Below, piece by piece: positions 25,879 to 40,125 of a stretch of 64,000 nucleotides of DNA (position 1 is the first letter of the stretch; the number at the start of each line of letters is the position of its first letter). The notes under the pieces were generated by a model. It saw nothing but the letters and a program-made list of their open reading frames with translations, did no database searches and was not told the origin of the DNA. The position numbers and the translations under genes are program-made. Source of the DNA: Entomortierella parvispora E1425 (Eukaryota > Fungi > Mortierellomycota); the NCBI GenBank assembly GCA_020891255.1, contig BQFW01000013.1, positions 1,798,001 through 1,862,000 on the forward strand, given 5' to 3'.

Positions 25879-28800
25879 TCATACACCTTCGATCGCAGCC
25901 TTCAGAAACTCTTCTGGGATCAGCTTCTCGCGCTCTGGTGCCAGGTTACGAAAACATCCTATCAGCGTGGCGCTCACCACACCGACGGCAGCCGCAACAT
26001 CCTTATGCTCTTTCTTGATCCACCCTTGGTCTTGATCCGCGCCGGGATGGCCACCGCCAGCTCCGGCACCGTAAATGACGGGAGTGGGATTGCTGCTGCC
26101 GTTGTGGACAGCCACAGAAGAAACACCATTCGCCTGGGCTAAACTTCCTTGCTGTTGTTGACCGGATCCAATAGTACTCTGAACTGGACAGCCCGGACAG
26201 CTGAATCTTTGACATCTGGCAAGTCGGCGCGCGTCATTCCATGAAGAGATGCAAAGGTAGATCGCAGCAGCTCCGACAGAGGATGGGCATTTGCCAGATG
26301 TCAAATTCATACTGTTGGCAAGACTAAAGACATGGACGGCCGCATGCCGAACCTGAGGTGGCAATGCGAGCGATTCACACCAACGGGTCTAGAAGGGAGT
26401 GAGAAGGAGGTCAGTTGAGACGGCACGTCTTCGTGATAAATACAAAATGGCGAAAATCGGATATCCCTCTTACCATGAATGCTTCCGCATCTGTATCGCG
26501 AGCGCTGGCGGTGGCGTTCTGAGTAGGCTCCAGGATCTTCAGCATCAGGCGATAGTACGTACCAATGTCGCCACGCTTCACTCCCGAAGCATTACAGATT
26601 TCAGAGAACGTCCGGGGCGAGTTTTGACTACGGCAGACAATGTAAAGGATGGCAGCTAAAATCGCATCTCGCTTGCGCACCGGCTGTCGATTTTTGAGCT
26701 CTTTGAGTCGCTTCACATTTTCGTAAGTCTTGAAGGTCTCTTCCTGTAAAAAGAGGACAAAAAAGAAAAGGATTAGTAGGGGAAATTGGGCACCTTATGA
26801 CCAGAGCAAAAAAAAAAATTCTGATTCCTACCCATGCAATTTCAGGCATGCCAAGGCGCTTCACCCAGTCTCGACCTTTGATCTGAATAGGATCTGAGGG
26901 ACTAATTGGCTGTTGTCCCTTTCCACCGCTCCCACCGATGGATTTTTTCCTTGACACAGCCTTGCCATCATCTTCTGATTTTGATGAGGACAGTCCTTGA
27001 CGAGTAGGAAGACCTTTGAGCGTGGACGAAGGAGAAGCTCCTTCTGGAAGACCTTCGTCCATGTTCTCGCTCTCGTCATCATTCTCATCAACATCATCCT
27101 CATCTCGATCATCATCGGCCTCATCCTCGTCGTTTTCTGAATCCTCGATCCCAAAGAGGTGAGGGCAGCTAATGTCGTCCTCCATCGGGAGATAGTCCAT
27201 CATCTCACCCTCCTCTTCTTCTTCCTTCTTTTTGATCTTTGCAGAGGAGATACCAGTATCGTCTGCTGCCGGCTCGATATCCATGTCATTGTCCTGAGTC
27301 TTTAACGTTGATGGCGAACTTGGCGAATTGACAGAAGAGGCAAGCAAACTAGCAGATGTATCATCTTTGGTGGACATGTCTTTGCTCTTCTTGAACTGAT
27401 TCGCCCCAACCAAGTTGGAGTTGGACTTGCGTTTCATGATCTTCAATCGGTTAATCACCGAAGCTGTTTCCAACTGCGGGTCCTCTGACTTGATGGCAGC
27501 CTCGCGACCAGTGTCGTCAGTATCGCTCAAGTCTTCTCCAGCGGGGAAGGAAACTGTGCTAGAGGGGACAGAGGCTGACAATGAGCGCCTTCCAGCGCCA
27601 CTGTCATTATTCCCCTGTTTGCCCTTCTGACTACCGTTGGAACTGTTGCTTCCTCCTTGAACGCTTTTTCTACTGGATCCATTGTCCATGGAAGTCTGAT
27701 GGCTACTTCGGGATGTCGCACTGGTTCCCCCTCCTCCACCGCCACCATTACTTTTGTCATCGTCATTCTCCTTTTCATGGCTGTTGTGATCGTTGTCGCG
27801 CCTATAGCTTCCAGACTCATGAAAACTACGGACTGAATTGACGTCATCCCTGTCCACCCCGCTGCCTTCATCTTCAGTGCCGTCAAAGTCTTCATGCTGA
27901 ATGGCGCTCTCAGGCTGAGTGACGTCTGATGGATGCTCATCCAGCTTTTTTTGTGGCTGTTGTCCAGTCGATTCAGGATCGGTCACCGAAGACAACGAGC
28001 GCTGAAGCTGCTGTCGCAAGTCGATATCATCAATTCGTAGCCTCTTTGGCTTGACTTTGACCCGACGCTTGCTGGCGTCTGTTTCCGACACCACGGATGT
28101 ATTTGGCGCCGCGCTGGTCGTTGGAGAGCCCAGTTGCATCCAAGCGGGTCCTTCTGTCGATCTGGTGATTTGATTGCTTCTCTCGATATCTGCATCCGTG
28201 CTCCCAGAGACCACAACCTTGCGGCTTCGAATGTTGATCCTGCTGGTGGAGTGCGAAGCATTGTCCTGGACTGAATGTTCCTGTTGGACGTCACCTTCTT
28301 GTTTCTGCTGCGGATCAGCGCTGAGATTATGGATATCATGCGTACCGCCGGCCCGCAGCTTCTTCAAGGAGAGGACAGTCGAGGAGACCGTGGTCGTTTC
28401 CGCGCCTGCTTGTCCAGAAGTTTCGTCCGCCGGACCTTTTGGGGTGTAACCCAATGCCGCCCTAGTCTTCTCTGAAAGATACTTGGCAGGTGGAAAGTTC
28501 ACCAGGGTTTTTTCTCCCATCTCGTCATCAGGATCAGAATTGTCTCCAGGCAGTTTGTCGACAAGAATCACACCAGAGCCAAAGAGCATGCTCTTGGGTC
28601 GTGATATCTTGACACTTTCCTGGTTAATAGGATCGGTACTAGGAGACGAGAGTATATTGCTTTGGGAGCTTGCCTCTCCAGTCACGGTTCTCGAGCGGAC
28701 AGTGTCCCCTCCGCTCTGCTGAGCAGATGCATCCATAGATGTTGATTCGAAGGTTTCGGCGGACAACTGTTCCTGCGACAGAGTTTTGGTGCGAACATTC

Positions 28801-31800
28801 TTCTTTCGTCCTGGCTTGGCAATTGACGACTTATCGTCCGCAGTTGTCGCTGGCTGCACCATTCCTCCTACAGAGCGAGCTGTCTCCCGATTAAAGAGTT
28901 GAGAGTCTAATTGGCAAACACAAGAAATGTTCCGATGAGTAAACAGGGAGGTCCACCATGGTGCACCAACTACGCCCTTAGACGTATAATATAATGAATA
29001 CCTTGGTTTGAGACAGCTTCTCCGGGCTGTTGACCTTTGGTGGCTTTCAAAGCCTTGCCTCGACCCTTGACTTTACCTTTTCCAGTAGGGGTAGTGGGAG
29101 TTGTCATTTGTGAGCCGGCATTGCCAGTTGTCGCTGCCGATTGGTTCAATGGCTGCTGGTTCTCTGGCGCCGTTACTCTTGAAGACAGGGCTCTGCTCAG
29201 ATCCATGTCACGCAGTGACTTCCCAGGGTGTTGGTAGTGCTGCTGACTGGTATAAGGGTGCTGCGAATGAGGGTCTTGAGTCTGGCGTGCATCTTCAAGC
29301 CAACGCTGTCGTGCCTTTTCTTCCAAAGAGACTTGCTGCTGATCATGAATATGAGGGTGTTGGAATGGAGGACGCCGTTCCTGCTGTTGCATTTGCGAGC
29401 TGTATTGCTGTGGCGAAGGTGCATATTGGTGGTGTGGAGGGCGAGGCTCAGAAGATTGTTGGGTCTGCTGGTGACGCCCTGGGTGCAACTGTGGCTCCTG
29501 CGGATGAGGATTGTGCACTCCGTGGCTTGAAGGGTCCACAATCGGACCTCGTCCGTGAGGAAGACTGGATCCCATGGGGCCATCCATCAACTGGTCTTCA
29601 TGGTTGAACGATGATCCCTGTTCATTATCATAAGACCGATGACTGCGTGTCTCGCGCTCTTGAAGCTCTATTTAGATGGAAGGGTGCAATAACGTATTAA
29701 ATGATAGTCGGTATATAGCGATTGATTGTGCTGCGAGACTCACCTTCTGCATAACCTTGCGTCATGTGCCCTTGAGCGTCCAAGGGTTGTGAGTTTGGAT
29801 GTCTCTGGAGCTGATGTGACATCCCAGGATGGCCAACTACGGACTCTGGACCATGTAGATATGACTGATGAGCCTCCGCCTCCATAGCAGGTTGACATGG
29901 ATCTACCTCTGAAGGAACGATCCCAAGTCCCGCACTGAAGCCTGTTGGAGGGGGACCGTACTGGCTTTTGTTGTGCATGTGCTGTCTCTGCTCCTCCATG
30001 CTGTCAACATGATTGGGGTGTACTAGGTCAACATCCATTCCTTCACTAACCGGGTATTGTTGGGGGTGTCCCATTGTGCCCCGTGGCGGTTCGTTACGAC
30101 CCAGATGGCTATCGACTCGATGGGGTGGCGGTGACCTTGCAGTCACCACATTCAAGTCAGGACCACTGTAACTGCGAGCATGGTGTGGATGTGACCCATC
30201 TTGTTCCATCATGTATGTCTCTTGCTGAGCTCGATCATTCATCATGTCCTGCAAGATACGAGCAGTCTCTTGCTCCTCTGGCGCCCAATCTGGGCGAGTC
30301 GCAGCCAAAGGACCAGGCTGCGGGGTCGGGTGTCCTCGAGGGAGTGAAGACGACCCACTCACTTCACGCAACTGCACTTGATCATAGGTATTCTGCCGAC
30401 CCGTAGGATCCACTGGGCGCATGGCAGTCTCCAGGGAAACTCTTCTGGCACTAGCGTCTCTAGCTCTGATGGCAGTACTTGAATCAAAGTCAGAAGGATG
30501 CGGACTTTGAGGTGGGGGTTGCTGCGGATGCATTTGTCCTTGCAAAGGTCGATGCTGATGTGGCGACTGCTGGTGTTGGTGCTGAAAGGTAATCAAAGCA
30601 TCTGCTACATCCGCTTCCAAATGGCCTGCCTCGATTTGAGCAGCTCCGGTAGACGAGGCAAGGGGCTCTGGAGGGTGGATGCCACTCTTTGAAGCACTTG
30701 GAGGCGGGTATGATGAATTTAAAGACCGATCTTGCAACTGCCGCTCATCGTCCTGCGATTGTCGAACAAACGACGCCTGTTGAGTTTCGACTTGTTCATT
30801 TTGCAAGTGCTGCTGTTGTTGATGTTGTTGATGTTGTTGTTGCCGCTCAAGGTGCTCCTGGCGTCGTAACTGCTCCTGATGTTGCCTTTGCTGAAACTCA
30901 AGTTCCTCGGCAGATTCAAAAGTACCACGGCTCGCAGGGGCATGTCCAACATCGTGAGGACGGAGGTTGGCTGGGGTTGCTGGAAACGGATGGTGTTGCT
31001 GCTCCATGGGGTACGCTCTTTGATGCTGCTGCGGTTGAATCTGATGTCCAGACTGTCGCCTTTCATATTCCACCGGCACGTGAGGGCCAGAGCCTTGTTG
31101 CACGGGGAAACCTCTATCACCCACCGGCGCTGACTCTCTTGGGTCATACCGTTGTCCCCTAAAGTCTTGCCTTGAGGCGTCCTGATCAACCTGAGGACCC
31201 CCTGGGGCCCTCTCCATCTTGCCCTGCACTGGTGTCACGTCTGTAGGCTGTGGCGGATGCGCAGGGGTGTCTCCGTTACCAATTGATTTGCGGTGGCTTG
31301 CAGGCGTAATGACGCTCCAAGGTTTGAGAAGCGCTACTTTCCATTCAACGTCTCGATTCTCAGTTGTCTTCATCTTGCGTGTTTGCTTCATGGATGTGGG
31401 CGATTGATCTTCCATCACTATGGTCAACTCATGTTGGTTCCCTGAAAACGAAGCTGGTGCGGACCTTGGTGATTGTTCGGAAGACTGGTGTGGCATAGTA
31501 GAATCACGCTGCATATCCACTCCAGCACGAGCCTTGAACTTTTTTCCTTTCTTCTTTCCAGCAGCCATAGAATGAGTGGAAGCAGACTCTGGGGACCGAG
31601 ACCGTGTCGAGCCTGGAGGCGATTTCCTTGGTACACCGACCGTCTGCATTGGGTATCCTGTTCTGTAAGTTGCATCAGGGCCCTGATGTGAAGAAGGGGA
31701 GAGTAGCGCTGACGGGACTGTGTTCATCAAGGACGGACGCTCGGCCCCTACAGGGTTTGAAGGACCGTCATGTCTCGATTCATTCGCTCTCCTTGCATCC

Positions 31801-34800
31801 TGCTCTTGCATGCGATACGTTGGATCTGTATCCAAATGCTCCCACTGATCTCGCTGCGATCTTTCGTTTTGCCAGCCAGAAGGAGGAGGTGGGGGACATG
31901 AGAATGAACTCTGCTCTGATGGGTGTGGCTGCCGGAGATGTGGGTCTTCAGGTCGAATTCCTGATCCATTGTGAGGGGCGATGTGATTGTTTGGGTATTG
32001 TCGCTCCTCATACACTTGAGGATTTCGGTCTTTGGGGTCATTGAAAGGAATTGCCTGGCCCGAATGTGCCATCTTATCGTTGCTTTGGGGATCAAACAGT
32101 CGTCGATCAGCTGGAGACATAAAGGGCGGTGAAGACGGGGGAGCTCGCTGTTGATGAGGATCATGCTGGGAATATGACAGGGGGCGAGTGCTCTTTGGGA
32201 CCGCATCAAATGGTGGCCCCTGTGGACGCTGTGGACGCTGTTCAGGTGGTCCTGCATTACGTCCAATGTGACCCTGATATTCACCGGAGCGTGTAGAGTC
32301 GGCTTTTTCAAGTTCCTGTCGAGCGCCATAAGCAGTGCGGGGATCACGCTCCACTACGGCTGGTGCAGAAGCGGGGCCTGAATTGTCAGACTGCCGTAAC
32401 CGGCTCTGATTCGAATCTGTGAGGCTCGACGTTCGTGTTACCATAATCCTAGGATCTGCTCTTTCCTGGTGCTCGTAGGTTGACATACTTTGTCGCTGAG
32501 ACCGTTCGTCCTATTCGAGTGTGGATATTAAAAGTAAGTTACGACGCCATGCAACAAGCCGACAACTTCAAATTGCATTTCCTTACAGGGTGACCATAGC
32601 CATCAGCATTCTGAGGCAACCCATGGTCTGTGATAAAGCGTGAACCAGCAGGAAGACGGGCATTGGCTGAATGCCCTGTTTCGCCTATATGAATCTCATT
32701 CAAGGGTGGCGCTGCAATTCTTGATAGCGAGTGCTGGGGAGAATGCTGGGGCTGGAACGACCTCGCTTGTTCATCTTGAACTGTCTGCATTCGAATCTGC
32801 TGCTGTTGTTGCTGTTCGATATACTGCTGTTCATGGTGCTGTCTATGATGTGGATGCACTGGAGTTAATGGCCTTTGGCGGACAGGGCCATCGTACATTG
32901 CTGGTGGAGGGCCTGCATGATGCTCGCGCTCTTGATCCCGAGCGACCTTTGGTGGGAATTGGTCTGGTAGCTGCGCCGCAGTGTCTATTCTAGTCTGGCC
33001 AAACCGAGAGCCGCTGGTGTGAACATCTGCATGCTAGGTTATGAGAAATGTGTGATTAGTCAGATCGGCATTTTCGATAACAATTGACATTTGTCCGTAT
33101 ATCTTTCGCCACATACCTGAGGGAACCCCTCAGACTCGCGTGGGGTATACGGACTCTGGTCTTCTCTTTGCATAAAAGCCTGGCCATTGAGTGGCTGTTG
33201 GGTATTCAGAGCCGAAGGAACAAAGCGTTCATGGCTATGACTGTGTCGGTGGTGTAGTTGAGGCTGGGATTCTGGCCCTGGACCAAAAGCTTCACCAGGG
33301 TGTCTAGGGTCTTGCCCTGGTTGTGTTTGAGCAGCGCGATAATAGGCAGCATGTTGGGCGCTATGGATGCTATTTGGCTCCTCGGCATTACGCGCACCAG
33401 AAATAGCATGTGAGGGCTGTGGAGGGCCTTGCATTCCTCTTTGTCTACGATAATCATCCTCCAGGCCATGTATCCTCTCATCTTGAGCAGGGCCAGAACG
33501 GCTCCCCTCCACAAGAGCCCCAGGAATCTCTCTTGAGGAATCCTGTCGAGCCAAATACTGCTCTCGGATGACTTGGTCTCTTTGTTCTTGCGACATACCG
33601 TCTCGGCCAAAACTGCCATCGCCGCTGTTGCGTGCAAATGAACGATGAGCACTGGACTGCGTGAGAGGCTCATCAGATGGAAATTGAGCCGATCGACCGA
33701 TCGGTGTATGCCGCCCGTCTGGTCCGTGCTCGTGCGCTGGAGCACCCGAGGAGCTGGACGAAGCAGCCTTTGACTGAACATGGTGTGGAAGCTGCTCCTG
33801 TGGACGGTAGTGATCCTGTTGATTGTAATGGTTTTTCTGTGGCCAATGACGATCAGGGTGCTGCTGTGCTGGATGGCTAGGGGTATGAGAGGGTTGAGGA
33901 GCATACTTTGGTTCAGGCGTTTGACCAGGCAGCTGCTGCTGGTGATGATGCGATGACTGCAGGTCTACTCTGGAGGGGTGTTGCATAGCATGCGACGGAG
34001 TGGTCGGTCTGAAAGGGGGCGAGCCATAGGGCGAGGACCGACTGGCGTGGTCAGCAGGCGCGTGGATCGAGGGACGCGACATGGGGGGCTGCATGGCCTG
34101 TCCCGAGGGGTTCTGTCCGGCCTCAGATTCGCCATATGGCCGCTCTGCGCCAGCACCGCCGATGACGCCCGAGTAAGGCGTCCTTTGTGCAGCATGCGGG
34201 TGCTGCTCTTGCGGAGAAGAAGGCGGAAGCTGGTGAGGACGCGCCTGAAGAGGGGGGTACGCGTGCGGGTGGTGCGTGAAATACGAATCATTGGAGTCGT
34301 ATGGCTTGCGCGCGGTTGCGACTCCGGGAGGACCACCACCGAGGTTCACCGAGGAGAGCGACTCGTGTTTGCGTGCCCTGGCACCGGGAACCCCTGGGCT
34401 AGGGATGCGGTCTGAAGGCGTGCGTGGGTGCGATGGAGGCGAGAGGAGGCCAGGGGTTGTAGTGTACAGGGGTGGGGTGATAACGGCCGGATTGTACCCT
34501 AGAGCACTGTTACGCTGCTGGGGGCTGGCACTGTGGTGCGGCTGCGAATGCTGGTGGTGGTGCTGGTGCTGGAGCTGGTGTTGCCGGTGCTGGTGCTGGA
34601 GCTGCAACTGCTGTTGTTGCTGTTGCTGCTGCTGCTGTTGCTGTTGAAGGTGTGCATTCTGACCATAGGCATAGTTGTATTCAGAGTGCTGATTGTCCAT
34701 TGCACCGTTGTGGACCTGAGGCGAGCGATGTCCGAAGAACTGCTGCTGGTGCAGCTGTTGAGAAGGTTGCTGTGGATGCTGGTGAGGATGCTGGTGGGGA

Positions 34801-34865
34801 TGTTGAGGCTCGTTCATGAAACTGGCCGCGGGAGGCATGGAAAAGCCAGGTTTAGACGAGGACAT
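25879..34865 (-). CDS. Very large Q/H/P/S-rich disordered protein with C-terminal TFIIB-like tandem cyclin folds (~2822 aa, 7 exons)
   Basis: Exons 34865-33117, 33033-32587, 32495-29744, 29667-29002, 28906-26832, 26743-26474 and 26388-25879 (all GT-AG, phases consistent, 8469 nt). The C-terminus DAILAAILYIVCRSQNSPRTFSEIC...FMTRWCESLALPPQVRHAA...GKCPSSVGAAAIYL...DVAAAVGV...LIPEEF aligns by eye with the TFIIB core. Confidence 0.8.
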
Positions 34866-36826
34866 GGTGCGCTCTGCCTGGTCCGAGTCAGGGGTGGTGG
34901 CTATCAAGGAAAACGGAGAGCCAGATTCAAAGGTGAATCAATGGCAAATGGACGCAGGACGATGGGGGTCGAAGAAGAAGAAGAAAAAAAAATAAAAATA
35001 AAAAAACAACAGCAGCAGACAGAAAACGAATGAAACGAATGAATGAATGGATGGATGGATGAATGGATAAATGAATGAAAAGAATAAAGGACGCAAAGGA
35101 AGCGGGAGAGGAACGAGCAAGTGAAGGAACGAAACGAGCGGGTGGAGACAAGAAAAACATCGACCGACGGACAGCCATGCTCCTGCCAACCCTTGTTCAT
35201 GCTGCCCGTCCCTCTGCGCGCGCGCGCGTGCGTGCTCGCTCACTTGCTTGCCTGCTTGCTTGAACAGATGGACACGGACATGCCCTGACAGACAGGCAAG
35301 ATACATAGACACATTGGCCGACTGTCAGCCATCTTTGACCAAGGTTCAATTCAGTTGTACTCTGTTTCTTTTTTTCCTTTTTTTTTTTTTTTGCTGGCGC
35401 TGTTTGCTCCTGGTGCTCCTGATGTGGTCTTTGCTTGTTCCGAGTCTTGTTCAGACAAGACCGCCCTCCGAACCAGAAGAGGCACCAGCAAGGTTCCTTC
35501 CCCTCACCACTCACTCGCACGCGTTCCAGGCAAGCATGGCGCCAGACCCAACCTGATCAGCCCACAGGAACCCCCCACCCCTGTTTTGTGCGCGTTTAGA
35601 CACAAAAGAACTCCAAAGAAGTAATGGGCACTGGGATATCTCCAGGGGGGTAGTTGACAAGGAGCATGGGTCCAGAGGATGTTCTATTCTGATTTGAGGC
35701 AGGGTGCAGCGTGTCGTAGCTTTTATATCTTTTTCCCTGTGCTATTCTATCCTTGCAGCTCAATTGAGTCAGCAACTCTGATGTGAACTTGGCCCAATGG
35801 TTTTTATTATTTTTTTTTTTTGCATTTCCAAGGGGGTTCGATTGTGAATGATTTCCTTTGTTGGTTGTGACAACGAGGTTGTCCTGCACCCGTTGTGCTT
35901 CCAAGCATGTTTCCAAGGTTCGTGCGGTGAGCAAACAGGGACGACCACTGTCGTCTTCAATTGAACAAGCAGCTGGGAATGAATAATCTGCTGAACGCAG
36001 CCCCCCCACGGCGGGAAGAAGCACCCTCAATACATGGAAACAAACTTTGAACGCAAAGCGCCACCAACCCACTCGTTGTTTTGTACTTTGCACCTCCTCT
36101 GGGACAGCAAGTTTGCTTCCTTCTGCACATGCACGTAATTGACTGCCATGCTGTGTGTCCATCGGTTCATGACCCACAAACTCTCTTGCCCTGCGGGAAA
36201 GTGCATCTAACTGGTTTTTTTTTCCTCTTTTTCTTTTTTTTGCTTTTCACCTCCCCAACAATAAACCTCCCAAACGCTCTCTTTCGTTCTCTATTTTCTT
36301 TTTCTTTCCTCGCTTCACACTGCACTCAATGTTTTCATGGACGTGATGACAGGTAAAGTTCACTCAGCAATTAATAATACAAGGTGCAACAGAGTGCAAC
36401 AATGAACGTCAAGAGTCGCGCTCTTTTTTTTTCTTTGCTTCTTTTAACCTCCCCCAGCAGAAGAAAACGTGGATATATTCGTTTTATTGCTCCAACAAGA
36501 CAAAGAAACAGAAACCCGATGGAGAATTATTGGGATTATGAAAAAATTCGCCTTTTGGCCTCTTTCCTTTTTCTGCCACTTTGTGCTCAATGCTCCACCC
36601 CCTTTGTTGTATTTGTTGCGGGTTCTATTTCTTGTTCAGTTGCGAGTCTTTTGTTTATCGGTATTCAAATCTCTTTGAAATCGGCCGAGGGCTCTCTTGT
36701 TGTGGTGTGGGCCAAGTCAGAAAGGAAAAATAATCTCCTTTATGGCAAACAAACAATGAAGTTCGCATGGGAAGAAAATCTACCGAAAATCGAACTCAAC
36801 GAGGGCGCGTGTGATTTGCTGGAAGT

Positions 36827-39800
36827 CTACTCTTCCCAAAGGGGGTCCGAGAGTTCTTTTGATTTAGCCTTCAGTGGCAACGAGCTCTCGTCTGTCCCTT
36901 CAGCAGGCGCATGCTGGTCCTCAACCTTGACCCTGTGGCGCCTGGGCCATTCTTTCAGCCAGGACCACAGCCCCTGGACCTTTAATGAGGCGGATCTTGA
37001 CCGCTCACTCCATTTCGAGCTCGTCGTCCCTGAAGAGGTCATGGTCACATTGGATACCGTTGCACGGCGCGTTCTTGACATTATTCGCGAAGAAATGGAT
37101 GAGGCAGCTTTTCGAGGCTGGTCCTCGTCAGCAGAAAACGTCTCTGGTGGTGGGGGTGCTGTTCCTGGAGTACTACTGGAGAACCAGCTCGATATCGTAG
37201 CTCGCCTTTTTTTCTTACCCCTCGACGAGTTGCCAGAGCCTGCTCTGACACTCTCCACGGTATTAACTGTGCTGTAATCCCTGGATGTGCTGACCAAACC
37301 CGTCAACGAAGATGGAGGAGAGGGTCTCAGTGCCTCAATGCCTGAAGTGGAATGTTGTCCCGACGAGGTCGCTTGTGAATGCAAAGATGGTGGCGAAGAG
37401 AGCAATGGTGCCAGATCGTCTAAAAATGCTTGTTCGGGACACTCTGTTTCCGACAAAACTTCCAAAGGCTGAATTTCCACACCCGACTGAGTTTCAACTG
37501 TGCTTAATGCTGATGTCGTTGTCGCTATGGACAGGGAAGAGATATAAACATCCTGGATAGACTCGCTCTCCTCACTCTGCTCACTAACGGACTTGTCGGT
37601 CACAGAGTCTTCGCTATCGTCGAGTTGCTCCTCCAGTTGATTCTCCACTATTGTTGCGAGTGATGGCGACCTGGAATGTCGAAAGGTAATGTACCCAGCT
37701 CTGTCACACAACAGTGCTTGCTTTACAACTGGATGACTGATCCGTTGGTGCTTCCAGTCCGAAACTACAAATAACAACATATTCAGGTTAGCTACAGCTC
37801 AGTGCCATGTCATGTTCTAACCCCCCACTCAAACTCTTGTAAACATGTCCATGCCAAAACAGGTCGTGGAGGGAGGAAACAGTATCTCACCTGGCCGAGA
37901 CATGTCTACGTCAGTCGGAGAGATTGGCAGTCCGGACTCGTCAAAGAAACTGGACTCGTCGTAAAGTGAGTCTATACGGGGTCGAACCATGGGGATAAGC
38001 CAGCGCTCTTCCTCGAGCTTAAAGTCGTTGACCATGTGCGACGCTTTGGATGGCGACAGAGTTAAGGAACCACTAGTCGGCTCCGGGGCCAATAGAGATT
38101 GGCTATCCAAAGAGATAGTTGCGCACTGGTCCACAAACTCCATCATTCGCCGGATGCGCATTAATAAGTCCGTGCTTTGTTGAGCTCCATGTTTTTCGAT
38201 GAATGGGTCCTATAAAGCAATATATTCTTCATGTTGTTAGGATGGCAAAAAGTAGGTTGAAGTTGTCGGTTGATCCGAATGAAATACCTTTAGCAGCTCC
38301 TTCACAGTTGGTCGAGCCTCTGGCTCTGGTGTTAGACATCTCGAGATGAAGCACCACATCTCCTCTGACATCCCCATGCCGACTGGTCCGTAAGCGTCGC
38401 CGCCCAAGATATTGGAGACACCGCCTATCATCCTTTGACCATAGTTGCTCCAGGAAATACCCTGTGACAGACTGTTCATGTCTGAGCTGGCACTCTGGCT
38501 TTGACTGTACAAATTGGTGTTGGTGAACTGAGGCTTGCCTTTGTTGGCGCCAAAGGAGGCCAAAATGGGGGTATCTGGACCTGGGGCACGACCCTGCGAT
38601 AGTTCGATACAAGCCACGCCCAAAGCCCATATATCAGTTTCTGCGCTGGCTTCTGGGACCGCTCTCTCACCGTCATTAATAGATGACATAGATAAGGATC
38701 TTGTCATCGGCGCTGTTCCTTGGGAGATGAATGAGACCTCTCCCGTCGGTGTAACTGGGGATGATGGATTAGAGATAACAGATTCGGGAGCGAGCCAACT
38801 AGCTGGAAACTCGGTCATGGTCATGGAGCGCCGACGTCGCTTCCGTTCTCCGGCCCCCTCTTTGTGATTCATAATCGAGCCGGACCCGCCGAGCTTGACA
38901 TTTCCTTCTGGAGTTAGAAGAATGTTTCTAGTTTGAAGAATAGTGGAAGTGTAAGTAAAAAATGAAGGCTAACCACAAGTCCATGACGTACCATATTTTT
39001 TTTTGTCCTACCCCGCTTTGATATCCCCATGGACATGATCTTTGCTGTGAAGATAGGCGAGACCAAAGAGGATTTGACTCATCATCCAGCCGATTTCGGC
39101 TTCTGTCAGGGGTCCATCGGAAAGCCGTATGAGATCTGCAACAGAGCCAGCACCACAAAACTCAAGTGACAACTTGTTGAAAAAATGGTGTGGAAAGTAA
39201 GTTGCATTTTCCCACGCATATGTATCACCTGACCTGGAGACTATGTGAAAGCCGAGTGCAGATGCTTACCCAGAGCTCAGACTCGGTGCGATGACATCCT
39301 AGACACTTTACAATTTGGTCGAGTCCATTGAGCTTCAAAGACGCGTCTTCCGTTTGTGCCCATCGCCTAACGGTCGTTGTTGTAGGAACATTTTGCGTGA
39401 CCATAGGATTTGTAGCCAAACAATGTCTCTGCGCGTCATCTTGCTCGAACTCAGTCTCAGCCAAAACTCCAGAATGAATAAGAGGGTGTGGGGGTTGCTG
39501 CCGCTCATATATCGCTTCATGGCCAAGACCTGAGTATCCTGTCTTTTGTCCCATTCGATCATCCTCGCAGCAATGATCTACAATCCAGCTGACAAAATAA
39601 TCGACATGGTCATCCAGCGGCTGCCTATCTTTGCCTGAACTATTGACGTCATTGGCAATCCTGCTCCCGAATCCAAGCTGCCCGCCAAAAAATAGTCGAT
39701 TGCTCCCGCCCCCGCTCCCAGGAAGAGTTGAATCAATAACATCGGCCAGGGTGGATAATGGAATCTTTTTTATGACCACGGTCTTGTTTCCATCGAGCTT

Positions 39801-40090
39801 GTCCAAGGCTTTGTAGACTGACGAGCCACTCGAGCTAAAGGAAGTAAGCAAGAAAAGTGCACCAGAGTTAGAGAGGTTGACGAGTGGAACTCGCACCTAT
39901 CAGTTGCGGGGCCAGCAAGATTCAAAGACAACAGAGCCTGGGAACAAGGGGGTTGTGCCAGAGTGTTTTGTATTCTCTCCTTGTCTGGTGTGCGATGGAA
40001 GAGAAGTATCGACCGCGTGGCGTACGCGCTGGGACGGGGGGGAAGACAAGAAAAAAAAATTGAGCACCTTCAGGACAGAACGGAGCGCGC

Positions 40091-40125
<35 letters not shown>

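Noticed and set aside
36384-37277. 297-aa plus-strand ORF and other long antisense ORFs (e.g. 15334-16044, 19215-19937, 58624-59391, 61506-62153)
   Set aside because: Shadow ORFs opposite well-supported genes or low-complexity repeats.
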